From Candidatus Latescibacterota bacterium (GTDB lineage Bacteria > Latescibacterota > UBA2968 > UBA8231), in assembly GCA_965203175.1 (NCBI GenBank), contig OZ241867.1:5504001-5568000 (forward strand): a stretch of 64,000 nucleotides of DNA, read 5' to 3'. The notes beneath the pieces were generated by a model, which made no database searches, was not told the origin of the DNA, and worked only from the letters and a program-made list of their open reading frames with translations. The translations under genes and the position numbers were made by a program. Shown piece by piece: positions 19,100 through 28,807 of the stretch (position 1 is its first letter; each line of letters opens with the position of its first letter).

Positions 19100-19704
19100 G
19101 GGCCATTCCCCTCCCGGACGGCGACCTGCGCTACGCCCCTGACTTTTTGGCCCCTGCCGAGGCCGACCAATTCATGCGGCAACTGTTGGACGGTATTGAG
19201 TGGCAACAGCACCACGTCGTCATCTTTGGCCGCCAGCACCCCACACCGCGTCTCTCGGCGTGGCATGGCTCCCCAGAAGCCCACTACGCCTATTCGGGGT
19301 TGGCCCTTGAACCGCGTCCGTGGACCAAACCGCTGCTAGACCTCAAGACGCGGCTCGAAACCGCTGCCGACTGTCCCTTCAACAGCGTCCTGCTCAATCA
19401 GTACCGCGACGGCCGCGACAGCATGGGTTGGCACAGCGACGACGAGCCAGAGTTGGGAGCCAACCCGACGATTGCCTCGCTGAGTTTCGGCGGAACGCGG
19501 CGCTTCCTCCTACGGCACAAGCGCCGCGACCATCCCCCGGTCGAAATCCCCCTCGAACACGGCGCGCTCATCATCATGCGCGGCTCGACCCAAGCCCACT
19601 GGCAGCATCAAGTCCCCAAGACTCGACGCCCGTGTGCCCTGCGCCTCAACCTCACCTTCCGCTACATCGTCGCTACTGGACAACCTCCCACCGATGCGCC
19701 TTAA
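19096..19704 (+). CDS. AlkB-family 2OG-Fe(II) dioxygenase (ALKBH2/3-like)
   Basis: Motifs LLNQYRDGRDSMGWHSDDE, WQHQVPK and RLNLTFR. ATGA overlap with the upstream stop. Confidence 0.9.
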   Translation: MRAIPLPDGDLRYAPDFLAPAEADQFMRQLLDGIEWQQHHVVIFGRQHPTPRLSAWHGSPEAHYAYSGLALEPRPWTKPLLDLKTRLETAADCPFNSVLLNQYRDGRDSMGWHSDDEPELGANPTIASLSFGGTRRFLLRHKRRDHPPVEIPLEHGALIIMRGSTQAHWQHQVPKTRRPCALRLNLTFRYIVATGQPPTDAP

Positions 19705-20575
19705 CCCCCTGTCCTTGCACTGCCGCTAGCGACTCTACCCACTGCCTGCACCATTCGTCGTAATCCCTCAACTCAGACGCGGGATTGGACCGGCTGCGGG
19801 CCACGAAGTCGGGATAGAAGGGGCGACCGGTCGGCGTCCCCGTCTTCTGATAGCGCAAATCCATGCTCCAGCGCACCGTGTCCGCGTTGTTGGGCGTCGA
19901 GCGGTGTGGGGTCTGCTTGTCCATTAGCAGCACGTCGCCTTTGTCCATCGGCAAGGTAAGCGACTCAGCCTGCGGCATTTCCTCGTCGATGATCACCGTG
20001 CCCAAACCCTGCTTGATATGGTGCTGCACCAGCCCGTTCCGGTGCGCTCGTGGCAAGATCTGCAAACAGCCGTTTTCCGGCGTCGCCGCGCACAGCGGTA
20101 GCCATACCGTGAGGATGAAGTGCGGGTCGGCCTCTTCCCAGGTAACTCCGGCGTCTTGGTGCCAAGGGGCCACGTGCGGGTCGCTGCCGCTCGGCGTCAC
20201 ACCCGCGGGCAGTTTGGCGCGGGTGTGCTGAATCGGACTACAAGTGATCTCCGGCCCGACCAAACTTTCGATCATATCGAGCAGGCGGTCGTTGCGCAAA
20301 AATTCAAACGAGGCCCGCCCGCGCAAGTACATGATGTCGAGTTCTCTGTAGATCGCTTCGTCTTCGCGGCAGATCGAGATGAGGCGACGGTCGAAGGGTT
20401 CGTCCGCATACAGGGCCGAGATGTGGCCGGCCGCCAACAACTCCTCGGCGCGGCGGCCGATGTACTCTTCGTACTCGGCGATGATCGGGTCGAGGTCGGC
20501 GTCGGTCAGTGCACCGCGCAGCAACAGATAGCCGTCCTCCGCAAATTGGGCGGCTTGTTCGGGGGTTAGTTGCAT
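19673..20575 (-). CDS. Phytanoyl-CoA dioxygenase (PhyH) family protein
   Basis: Motifs F.EDGY, PWHQD, ENGCL..LP..H and TPHRS.PN...RWSMDLRY. Confidence 0.9.
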   Translation of the reverse strand: MQLTPEQAAQFAEDGYLLLRGALTDADLDPIIAEYEEYIGRRAEELLAAGHISALYADEPFDRRLISICREDEAIYRELDIMYLRGRASFEFLRNDRLLDMIESLVGPEITCSPIQHTRAKLPAGVTPSGSDPHVAPWHQDAGVTWEEADPHFILTVWLPLCAATPENGCLQILPRAHRNGLVQHHIKQGLGTVIIDEEMPQAESLTLPMDKGDVLLMDKQTPHRSTPNNADTVRWSMDLRYQKTGTPTGRPFYPDFVARSRSNPASELRDYDEWCRQWVESLAAVQGQGVKAHRWEVVQ

Positions 20576-20662
20576 GAGACTTCTCCTGATGGATGGTAGC
20601 GTGCGGCGATAATTTACAATCTACAACCTAAGATGCCTATGAGAGAATCATGCTTAACCGAG

Positions 20663-20720
20663 AAAGTGCATATATGTACACAATAACCTTGACATGATTT
20701 TCAAAAAAGTGCATATATGT
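20663..20720 (+). promoter_or_regulatory. Putative hicAB promoter/operator
   Basis: AAAGTGCATATATGT occurs twice (20663-20677, 20706-20720) with a near-palindromic core, flanking TTGACA at 20689-20694. Confidence 0.6.
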
Positions 20721-20740
20721 GTGCATGTTGGATTGCGAAG

Positions 20741-20932
20741 ATGGAAACTAGAACCAACCTGATCAAAAGAAAATTGGAGAGAGAAGGTTGGTACATGGCA
20801 CGCCACGGTGGCAACCATGACATTTACCGACATCCTTTCATCAAGGGCATCATCACCTTGCCAAGACACAACAAGCTGTCGCTAGGTGTCGCCCGCTCCA
20901 TTGCAAAAAAGGCCGGATGGCTGGAAGAATAA
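20741..20932 (+). CDS. hicA: HicA-family toxin
   Basis: Small basic protein with LEREGW...HGGNHDIYRHP....TLPRH. Confidence 0.9.
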   Translation: METRTNLIKRKLEREGWYMARHGGNHDIYRHPFIKGIITLPRHNKLSLGVARSIAKKAGWLEE

Positions 20933-20956
20933 GCGACCAAGGAGACAAGAGAGACC

Positions 20957-21343
20957 ATGATCCGATATCCTGCACTGATCGACGGTGAAAAAGGTGCCTA
21001 TGGCGTGACTTTCCCGGACCTTCCCGGCATCGTGGCCATGGGCAAGACGATGGATGAGGCGCTGATGAATGCCGAAGAGGCGCTTCGCGATGGTGCGCTC
21101 GCAGCGGAAAAAGACGGCGAAACCCTTGCTGCACCGAGTGCCTTCGAAGACATCGAGACCCTCGCTGGACAAGCGCTGGTATCCATTCCCCTGATCCGTC
21201 TGTCGGGTCGCAGTGTGCGCGCCCACTTAAATCTCGATGAAGAGGTAGCCGCTTTTATCGACTCCGAGGCTCGAAGACGCAAAATGACCCGCACGGCCTA
21301 TATATCTTGGATGGCGCGAAGAATCGCGCAGATGGGCGGTTAA
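20957..21343 (+). CDS. hicB: HicB-family antitoxin with C-terminal ribbon-helix-helix (RHH) domain
   Basis: Motif YGVTFPDLPG..AMG.T.DEA..NAEEAL, followed by an RHH-like tail. Confidence 0.9.
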   Translation: MIRYPALIDGEKGAYGVTFPDLPGIVAMGKTMDEALMNAEEALRDGALAAEKDGETLAAPSAFEDIETLAGQALVSIPLIRLSGRSVRAHLNLDEEVAAFIDSEARRRKMTRTAYISWMARRIAQMGG

Positions 21344-21482
21344 ACTACTTCTGCAAGGCCTGAATTCTCTTCAAAGACAATTTTGGGACGCCCTGTCTGA
21401 AGGCTATAAGCCTTATCCTTGTAAAGCCAATAACCCGAGACCAGTCCTTTGTGCGTCGGACTAAAAAAGAAAGAAAAGGATC

Positions 21483-22721
21483 ATGCCGTGTAATGCCCCA
21501 CGAGCCGCCGCCTATATGCAGCGCTGCGGCCTAGACGGAATCATTGCTAGTTCGCCGGTCAATATCACCTATTTCACTGATTACCATTGCTGGTTGGACG
21601 GGCAGTTCAAGGAATTCATGGTCAAGCCCGGCGGCAGCGGCGATTTGCTGCCCGCGTTTGCCTTGTATCGGCCGGAGGGACGCCCCGGTCTGACCGTGTC
21701 GGCGCTATTGGCGGTCAATGCCTTGGACTTGCCCGTGGATTTGTGTCCTTGGGGCGATGCGCCTCTTGAGTGGGACGCGCCCTTGGGGCCTATGAACGAG
21801 GCGCAGCGGCAGTTGTGGCAACAGTTGCGGGAGATGCGTTCGGAGACGACGGCAGTGGATGCCCTAGTACATCTGGTGCGGCAAGCAGGCTCGGTCAAGG
21901 CGCGGCTGGGCTTGGAGACGGAGGGCCTACCAGCGCCTCTGTTGGCCGCAGTGCGAGCGGCTTTGCCCAAGGCCGAACTAGTCGATTGCTCCAACGCGAT
22001 CCGCCTAATCCGCATGGTCAAAAGTCCCGCTGAACAGGCGCTGTTAGCCGAGGCGGCGCGCATTGGCGAACAAGCTGCCGCCGCTGCTTTCGCAGATGCC
22101 CGGCCCGGCGTGCGCCTGCGCGATATGCAGCAGCGCTTCCGGGCCGAAGTCGGGCTCTTGGGCGCGGATATCGATCACTTTGCCTATGGCATTCGGGGCC
22201 TAGGGCTGGCCACGGAACCGGACTACGCCTTGATAGAAGGCGACGCCCTGTACGTGGACTACGGTTGCCTGTACCGCAACTACTGCTCGGACAGCGGAGT
22301 GACGCTGGCGGTGGGCGGGCTAGAAGGCGAATGGGTCGGCAAATACCAAGCGTTGTACGAGTGCATGCGGGCCGGACAAGCCGCTCTACAAGTCGGAGCC
22401 AAGGCCGCGGACGCACCGCAAGCTATGGGAGACGTTCTCGGCGAGCGCGGCGTGGCGGCCTCTTTCCCCCACGGCCACGGCATCGGCTTGGAAGTGCGGG
22501 ACTATCCCATCTTAGTGCCGGACAAGGGCGGCCGCATCGCCGACGAATGCGTTGACGAGGCCGCGGACTTGCCGCTGGAGGCCGGCATGGTGCTCAACCT
22601 GGAGGCGATGATCTTTGCGCCGGGGCGGGCTTCTTTGCACATGGAACAAAGCTTTGTCGTCGAGGCCGACGGCAACCGGCCCTTAGTGGAACAGGACCGC
22701 GCACAACCCGTAGTGCCCTAA
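21483..22721 (+). CDS. M24-family (Xaa-Pro) peptidase-like protein
   Basis: Creatinase-like N-terminus, IRMVKS..E, D.G....YCSD, HGHGIGLE and LNLE. Confidence 0.85.
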   Translation: MPCNAPRAAAYMQRCGLDGIIASSPVNITYFTDYHCWLDGQFKEFMVKPGGSGDLLPAFALYRPEGRPGLTVSALLAVNALDLPVDLCPWGDAPLEWDAPLGPMNEAQRQLWQQLREMRSETTAVDALVHLVRQAGSVKARLGLETEGLPAPLLAAVRAALPKAELVDCSNAIRLIRMVKSPAEQALLAEAARIGEQAAAAAFADARPGVRLRDMQQRFRAEVGLLGADIDHFAYGIRGLGLATEPDYALIEGDALYVDYGCLYRNYCSDSGVTLAVGGLEGEWVGKYQALYECMRAGQAALQVGAKAADAPQAMGDVLGERGVAASFPHGHGIGLEVRDYPILVPDKGGRIADECVDEAADLPLEAGMVLNLEAMIFAPGRASLHMEQSFVVEADGNRPLVEQDRAQPVVP

Positions 22722-23143
22722 CCCGCCAATCCCTCGGGCAAGGTCTCGATATAAGCACCAATCTCGTCGCGCACTCGCCGATAAGCCCCCAGCGCTTCTT
22801 CTTCACTGCGCGCATTCTGCGCCAGTTTCGGCGGATCGTCAAAGGCCCGATGGACCACCCGGGCGCGCCCCGAAAAAACAGGACACTGTTCAGCCGCGTG
22901 ATCGCAAACCGTGACCATCCAGTCGAAGTCGATGTGGCGGAGCTGGTCAACGTGCGTCGATTGCTGATCCGAGATATTAATGCCGACCTCGGCCATCACT
23001 TGCACGGCATTGGGGTTGAGGCCGTGGGTCTCGATCCCCGCTGAGTAGGCTTCAAAACGGTTGGATTTTAGCGCGCGGGCAAAACCCTCGGCCATTTGAC
23101 TGCGGCAAGAGTTGCCGGTGCAGAGAAAGAGGATCTTGGTCAT
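22718..23143 (-). CDS. arsC: Arsenate reductase (LMW-PTP fold)
   Basis: Motifs LFLCTGNSCRSQMAEG, TVCD....CP and DDP. Confidence 0.9.
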   Translation of the reverse strand: MTKILFLCTGNSCRSQMAEGFARALKSNRFEAYSAGIETHGLNPNAVQVMAEVGINISDQQSTHVDQLRHIDFDWMVTVCDHAAEQCPVFSGRARVVHRAFDDPPKLAQNARSEEEALGAYRRVRDEIGAYIETLPEGLAG

Positions 23144-23158
23144 ATATTAGAGGCCGTC

Positions 23159-24349
23159 TTAATCGTACAGCCACGCGATCGGCCGGATGACAATTTTGCG
23201 GTGACGAGGCCAAGAGGGTGGATCTGTGGAAGCATCCAGTTGCGGGCCGAAATCGTAGAGCAGTACCACTTCATCCCCGAAGAAATGCGCGTTCGGATAC
23301 GACACGTATATCATGTCCGCCGGCAGCTCCCCGAGTTCTTTCTCGCCGCGCACCATACCGATTTCGTCGTCAGGAGCAACGCGGTCTGATCTATCCGCCG
23401 GGCCACCAACTTCGAGCGTCTTAAAGTTCTCCCAGCTAACCCCGTCATCCGTCGAGATGGCGAGCGATAAGCGCGAGCGGCGAAAGCCACGGCGGATCTC
23501 ATCGCCGCTCACCTGATTCCACACGCAGAGCAGATCGCCCGTAGTTGGGATCGTGCGCAGGCGGCATGGCGAATACGAGTTAGCCAGTTCCGTCGGCTGC
23601 GGCAACGACCAAATGAGTCCCTCGTCCTCGCTGACGCTCTGGTACAGGCGGCCCAGCGTCGTGCGGAACATCATCAGAAGCCGACCATCGCGGAGTTGGG
23701 CTGCGCCCGGTTCGTCGCACGGCCACATGCCGCCGTACCCGTCCTCGTGCCAAATCACAATGTCCTGCGGACCCCGTTGCCAAGTGGCACCCTCGTCGTC
23801 CGAAAAGTACACTTGGCTCGTGTCAATCTCCGGACTGTGAGCGTGGCCCTCTGTTTTGAAACGCTTCCCTTGGAAGGTGCCGTAAGCACCGGCGTCTCTC
23901 AGTTCTAGAAACCTGCAGGGCGGACAAAATCGCGTGGGCAAAACTAAGCGGCCCGACTGGAGTTGGAAGAGTACGTCGTGATAGTTGCTTGCGGTCTCAC
24001 CAAGCAGGTTGATGGAGACTTCTGCGGACCATGACTCACCTTCATCGTCGGAGGTGCGAAAACAGAGCGCATAGCCGACCAATGTTCCACCGCCTTGGCC
24101 ACTAAAGCGACCATAGAGGAGACCAAGCTTGCCCGACTGCAACCGCACCAAGCAGGTTGGATCGCCGGTCCCAATGATAGGCTCGCCACAGGTCTGAAGA
24201 GGTTCACTCTCCGACCAAGTTCTCCCCCGGTCTTTGGAGTAACTAACATTCAGTCCAGACCAAACCAACATCCAGCGCCCGTCCTTCAATTCGACCATAC
24301 CCCCGTGCGCTTGCGGGGCGCGGCCTGCAAACATCTTGGAATTTGCCAT
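23159..24349 (-). CDS. Sialidase/BNR-repeat beta-propeller protein
   Basis: Multiple Asp-box repeats (S.D.G.TW/SW), DEP...QL.DGRL.M.FR and SYP. Confidence 0.8.
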   Translation of the reverse strand: MANSKMFAGRAPQAHGGMVELKDGRWMLVWSGLNVSYSKDRGRTWSESEPLQTCGEPIIGTGDPTCLVRLQSGKLGLLYGRFSGQGGGTLVGYALCFRTSDDEGESWSAEVSINLLGETASNYHDVLFQLQSGRLVLPTRFCPPCRFLELRDAGAYGTFQGKRFKTEGHAHSPEIDTSQVYFSDDEGATWQRGPQDIVIWHEDGYGGMWPCDEPGAAQLRDGRLLMMFRTTLGRLYQSVSEDEGLIWSLPQPTELANSYSPCRLRTIPTTGDLLCVWNQVSGDEIRRGFRRSRLSLAISTDDGVSWENFKTLEVGGPADRSDRVAPDDEIGMVRGEKELGELPADMIYVSYPNAHFFGDEVVLLYDFGPQLDASTDPPSWPRHRKIVIRPIAWLYD

Positions 24350-24411
24350 TATACGCGTCCTTTCCGAATGCTAACCCTTTCGTTTCAGTCACTTCGGTTT
24401 TGCATACCCTT

Positions 24412-25776
24412 TCACGCAGTTCGCACGGCAAACAAATCAGCGTCCTGTAACACCACCCGCAGACGCACCGGACGGCCCTTGAGCCCAGACAAGTCACCGC
24501 CTGCTTTCCAAGCCACTGGCGCGTCGAGTTGGTCGCCGTAGATCGGGTCCATTTCCTCCAAAGCATATCCAGACAGGGGCTGGCCCGACTCGTCTTGGAT
24601 TTCCACGCGTAGCGACCCCGCCGCTGAGGTCGCGTAGTTGAGGCGCAAGGCGGCCCCTTCCAACAGCAAGAGACGAGTGAGCAATTCACCGCCTCTATAC
24701 CCGGCCCGCACCGAGGCAAAACCATGTGGCCGCACCACCACGCGGCGCAAGCGGTTAGTTGACCAACCGTAATTTTCCGAAAGGTACATGGACCATTCGT
24801 CGTCGGCCGTTTGCACCAAGCCGGGAGCAGGCGTGCAACTGCGGTGGGACCAGTTGCGCTGATCCGTACCGGGGCGCACCCAAGCTTCCATGAAGGGGCG
24901 GTCCCAGTGGACGCCGTCGCGGCTGCTCATAAACACCGCGTCGGACAGACCCGACCCAGGATAATCCATCGCCGCGATGTCGAGCTGACGCTCGGGTAAA
25001 AAGCGCATGGGAAACGACAGCAAGATGTGCTCGGCACCGGGACAAGGCGTGGTGGCGTTGGTGTAGAAGTGCTCCAGCGATACGTCGGCGGCGTACTGGT
25101 GAGGCTCCGGTGCTGTCCAGTGGATGAAGTCCTCGGAGGTGCAACTCTGGATGGCTCGCACCCGAGCGCCAGTGGTGTCGGAGTAGCGGCTGAAGAGGCG
25201 ATAGCGCCCGATGTAGTCGTCCCACAGGGCGACGTTGACCGAGTCGAAAGCACCTGTGACGTCCAAGGGGCCTTCTTTGACCGGAGTCCAATGGAGGCCG
25301 TCGGGCGAGGCAAAACCGTGCAAGTTGGACTGGCCCGTGCCGCCCACGGCCTTGAAGCGTTGGCTCGGATCGGCTGCGGGATTGGCGTCGAGGAAGACGC
25401 AGAAATTGTGGCTCTCGTGGCCTTGGATGAGAACGTTGTTTTTGCGCGTGCCGTTGAATTCGACCAAGCCTAGTTCAGGTTGCTCAAAGTGGATGCCGTC
25501 GGTGCTGACGGCTAGGTTGGTAGTCTGGCTGGCGGCACCGTCGGCGTAGTCCGCGCCAATCGGATAGAAGCCTCGGTAGTACAGGAGGATACGGCCCCCG
25601 TCCTGAGTGAGATTGTAGCAGCCCGTGCAGGCATTGTCCCAGGGCTGGGAGACTTGATAGACTGCTTCGCGACGGACGGGCGAATGCAGGTGTAAAGCGG
25701 CCCCATCGAGATGTTCAATGAGAAAGTGATCGACGAATAATTCGCGGCGGGATCCCAAGGCGATGGGCGTGGTCAT
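24412..25776 (-). CDS. Five-bladed beta-propeller glycoside hydrolase-like protein (GH32/43/130-clan-like)
   Basis: Repeated S.DG.HW/F motifs, FDS.N, and a C-terminal LNYATSAAGSLRVE beta domain. Confidence 0.6.
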   Translation of the reverse strand: MTTPIALGSRRELFVDHFLIEHLDGAALHLHSPVRREAVYQVSQPWDNACTGCYNLTQDGGRILLYYRGFYPIGADYADGAASQTTNLAVSTDGIHFEQPELGLVEFNGTRKNNVLIQGHESHNFCVFLDANPAADPSQRFKAVGGTGQSNLHGFASPDGLHWTPVKEGPLDVTGAFDSVNVALWDDYIGRYRLFSRYSDTTGARVRAIQSCTSEDFIHWTAPEPHQYAADVSLEHFYTNATTPCPGAEHILLSFPMRFLPERQLDIAAMDYPGSGLSDAVFMSSRDGVHWDRPFMEAWVRPGTDQRNWSHRSCTPAPGLVQTADDEWSMYLSENYGWSTNRLRRVVVRPHGFASVRAGYRGGELLTRLLLLEGAALRLNYATSAAGSLRVEIQDESGQPLSGYALEEMDPIYGDQLDAPVAWKAGGDLSGLKGRPVRLRVVLQDADLFAVRTA

Positions 25777-25909
25777 GGCGAGGCTCCGGTTAGGGGACGA
25801 TTGAAAAGCGTAGTTTTGCAAGGAAAATACTGCGCTTTATAGCACCGTCAAAATGCTGGTAGAACACGATCTAGCGCAGGCCGTCGAATATCTCCCTTGT
25901 GTTGCTCCT

Positions 25910-25929
25910 TGTAACCGCATATAGTTACA
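25910..25929 (+). promoter_or_regulatory. Putative operator of second hicAB
   Basis: Inverted repeat TGTAAC-N8-GTTACA ending 3 nt before the hicA ATG. Confidence 0.55.
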
Positions 25930-25932
25930 TAC

Positions 25933-26178
25933 ATGGTCAGTCAGCAAAAGCTGCTCGACAAAGCAATCCGCAATACCAACGGGTTGCGCTTCAACGAATT
26001 TGAAACCTTGCTCAAACAATCTGGCTGGACCTTTGACCGACAACGGGGGTCGCACCGCATCTGGTACTCGCCCCAAGGGGTGCGCTTGTCAATACAGCCT
26101 AAGGGCAATCGGGCCAAAGGCTATCAAGTCGAGCAATTTTTACAATACTATGAGGAGGAACAAAGCGATGGCGGATAA
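25933..26178 (+). CDS. hicA: HicA-family toxin
   Basis: Motif F.E...LL...GW....RGSH..W......SIQP....AKGYQV.QF. Confidence 0.9.
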   Translation: MVSQQKLLDKAIRNTNGLRFNEFETLLKQSGWTFDRQRGSHRIWYSPQGVRLSIQPKGNRAKGYQVEQFLQYYEEEQSDGG

Positions 26179-26509
26179 CTTCGACGGCTTCTCGGTCAAT
26201 CTCTTTCAAGATGAAGACGGCGATTGGTTGGCGCACTTAGTAGAAATGCCCGGCATTTCGGCCTTTGCCGATACGCCGACCGCAGCGCTGGCAGAGTTGA
26301 CCGTAGCTTGGGAAGCGGCCAAGGAAAGCTACCGGGCGCACAACGAGCCGGTGCCGGTCGCCCCTGCCCGGAAAGAATACAGCGGTCAATTTAACGTGCG
26401 GATTGATAAACGCCTGCATCGACGGCTGGCAATGGAGGCCGGGCGGGCTGGTATTAGCATGAACGCCTTGGTAGCCCAAAAACTAGCTCGAGATTCACCG
26501 AGTCTTTAG
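26168..26509 (+). CDS. hicB: HicB-family antitoxin
   Basis: Motifs E.PG.SAF.DT...AL and YSGQFNVRI...LHR.L..EA...GISMN. Overlaps the hicA end. Confidence 0.9.
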   Translation: MADNFDGFSVNLFQDEDGDWLAHLVEMPGISAFADTPTAALAELTVAWEAAKESYRAHNEPVPVAPARKEYSGQFNVRIDKRLHRRLAMEAGRAGISMNALVAQKLARDSPSL

Positions 26510-26584
26510 TCGTGACAACGGCTCCATATACCAGCTCTTATTATCGCAAAGCAAGACGACCACCTCTGACAGCCCCAGCGCGTG

Positions 26585-27319
26585 TTATTCCATCACCTCG
26601 GCCTTGACGATGACTGCGTAAGTACGCCCGTCGATATTGGACCCCCCGACGATTACGGAATTGCCGTTTTTGATGTTGAGCGTGGTATTCAATAGTCTGC
26701 GAACCGGTCCGGGGCTTGTGCGTGTGATGGCAAGGTTCTGCACGCGAATTACTCCCTCGCCCTCGCCGATGAAAGTAGGCTCTACCCAAAAGCCGAAAAC
26801 CTCCACCTTGTGAGGGTAATGTGTATTGTCTAGCGGCACACCCTCCAGCTCTGACTCGACCCGCTGGCCGGATTTGGCGACCCAATAGCTGCTGCTCAAG
26901 ATGTAATAGCGCGGAAACTTGAAGATTTCTCTAAGCTGACCGCGTATTCCGTCGTCATCGGGGAGGTTCACTGCGTCAATCTCATTGTCTGTTGCCAGGA
27001 TCAATTGAACGTGCAGGGCGATGTCCTTGAGCGGCACATCAATCCGCGCCAAAATATCCCGCGCTCGCGCCAGCTCCTCCGCGCTCCCAAAGCGGATATA
27101 GTGCTTGTCGCCGATCGACTCACCCGTGCTGGTTCTGAGACCCATCACCTTCATCATCCCAATGAATTCTTGGAGCGTGATGCTTTGAAACTCAAACAGT
27201 CCGACTCCGGCGGGCAGGATCTCCTCAATGCGGTCCCCGTTCTGCGCTCGAGCTGGAGCAGTTAGGATACTGCTGCTTACTGCGGTAATTAGAGCACATA
27301 TAAAAATTCTGGCGTCCAT
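26585..27319 (-). CDS. Secreted protein with secretin N-domain-like and short secretin-like beta segment
   Basis: Signal peptide ending ARA-Q, G..EEL..A..IL..ID.P motif, and C-terminal NTTLNIKNG.SVIVGG. Confidence 0.5.
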   Translation of the reverse strand: MDARIFICALITAVSSSILTAPARAQNGDRIEEILPAGVGLFEFQSITLQEFIGMMKVMGLRTSTGESIGDKHYIRFGSAEELARARDILARIDVPLKDIALHVQLILATDNEIDAVNLPDDDGIRGQLREIFKFPRYYILSSSYWVAKSGQRVESELEGVPLDNTHYPHKVEVFGFWVEPTFIGEGEGVIRVQNLAITRTSPGPVRRLLNTTLNIKNGNSVIVGGSNIDGRTYAVIVKAEVME

Positions 27320-27333
27320 CGCATTATCTCCTT

Positions 27334-27963
27334 TTACAAGAGAGTGTGGGGCAGAATCCAGACGACGTCAGTGTTAGAATCCTCCAAGTGTAGAAAAACC
27401 TGGGTACCCGACGGATACGCTATGGATTCGACCGTAGGGTACTTGCGCTCCAGTTCGGCGTCGCTGAGATCTTTTTTGCGGTCCAGCCGCTTGAGTAGCA
27501 ACCGGATTTGGCTGCTGCTCAATTCCTCAAACTGACTGGCGTAGTCGGCTGCCGGATTTTCCTCATCGAGCGCAGCGGTCGATGGCACGGCTTGCACGAC
27601 AGGCGCATCGGCTAGCGGTGTGGTCCCCTTTTCCCCACTCTCCCGCAACAGTCCCACCCCCGCGACTATTGTCGCTATCGCTGCCGCCACCCCTATCTTG
27701 ACAGGCCAAGCAAAGCGTCCCCTGATCTCCGTCGCGTCCGTCGCTAGTTTGGCAATTGTCCGCCCCGCTAGGTCTGCTGATGGTCGAGGCGCTGTCTGCA
27801 TCGCTAACTCGCGCACTTGATCGCGTGCAGCCGACAACGCCTCATACTCGGCTAGGCACCCCGGACACTGGCTTAGGTGCCGCTCCGTCCAACCCATCAG
27901 TCCCTTTCCCCAGTCCCCTCCCGCGTACAGGGGCAACAGCCTCTTCACTATGAGACAAATCAT
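27334..27963 (-). CDS. Zinc-binding (zf-HC2/ZAS) transmembrane anti-sigma factor
   Basis: C...LL.LY..G......HL..C..C followed by one TM helix. ATGA-coupled to the sigma factor stop. Confidence 0.85.
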   Translation of the reverse strand: MICLIVKRLLPLYAGGDWGKGLMGWTERHLSQCPGCLAEYEALSAARDQVRELAMQTAPRPSADLAGRTIAKLATDATEIRGRFAWPVKIGVAAAIATIVAGVGLLRESGEKGTTPLADAPVVQAVPSTAALDEENPAADYASQFEELSSSQIRLLLKRLDRKKDLSDAELERKYPTVESIAYPSGTQVFLHLEDSNTDVVWILPHTLL

Positions 27964-28481
27964 CGCTCGCTCTCCAATCGTTGGCGCAGCCGTTTCCGCG
28001 CCTGGTGCAGATGCACCCGTGCCGTGATCCCGCTGCAATCAAGTATCTCGGCCACTTCCTCGAACGGAAACCCCTGTAGGTCGCGCAGGACGAACGCACT
28101 GCGCTGTTTGGGCGTCAACTCGTTCAATACCTTCTCCAGACTCAATTGCCAATCCACCGCCTCCTCTCTTGACGCAACAGGTACCTCGTCTGGCAACTCG
28201 GCGCGATGCGTACGCTGCTGCCGCCGCAGCAAATCGATCGCAGTATGGGTCACTATCCGATAGAGCCACGTCGAGAATTTGTGCCGAGCCTGATAGCGTC
28301 CCAGATGCCGATACATCTTGACAAAACTCTCCTGACACACATCCTCAGCATCGTCCCAATCCCCGACGATCTGAAAGGCCACCCGCATGGCCATCTCTTG
28401 GTGCTGCCGCAACAGCGCGGCAAAGGCATTGGCGTCTCCCTCCTTAGCGCGTACTATCAACCTGCTTTCGTCGAGGCTCAT
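27960..28481 (-). CDS. ECF sigma-70 factor
   Basis: Motifs DAEDVCQE.F, F.TWLYRI and L...QR.AFVLR...G....EVA. The start could be further upstream (TTG 28526). Confidence 0.9.
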   Translation of the reverse strand: MSLDESRLIVRAKEGDANAFAALLRQHQEMAMRVAFQIVGDWDDAEDVCQESFVKMYRHLGRYQARHKFSTWLYRIVTHTAIDLLRRQQRTHRAELPDEVPVASREEAVDWQLSLEKVLNELTPKQRSAFVLRDLQGFPFEEVAEILDCSGITARVHLHQARKRLRQRLESER

Positions 28482-28807
28482 AGACCGCTTTCGAATCGGG
28501 ATCTCAATCCGCAACACCTCAGCCAAAACGCAATGCCCTAGTCAAATGCGCATACATTGTAAAATTCGCTCCCAACCCCTATCGATGATTAAACGATCCC
28601 AGATCACTTTTTGTTTAGAAGGGGACTTGTTTTTTCGTCACCTCAATTTCCTAATCTTATTCTCTATGCCCCAACTCGCACACGTCTCGGCGCAATCCCC
28701 GACTTGGCTGCCCAGGCCAAAGGATATCTACCGAGTAGCCAAAAGTTGGAGATAAACCGGATGATCGCTATTCTTTAGTTGGAGTTAGCAAAAAAAGAGA
28801 GCCGACC

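Noticed and set aside
19673-19704. 32-nt convergent overlap of the AlkB and PhyH genes
   Set aside because: Short 3' overlaps are common, and there is no further evidence of function.
28387-28755. ORF in the intergenic region upstream of the ECF sigma gene
   Set aside because: It overlaps the sigma gene antisense, has no recognisable motif or RBS, and runs through AT-rich promoter-like DNA.
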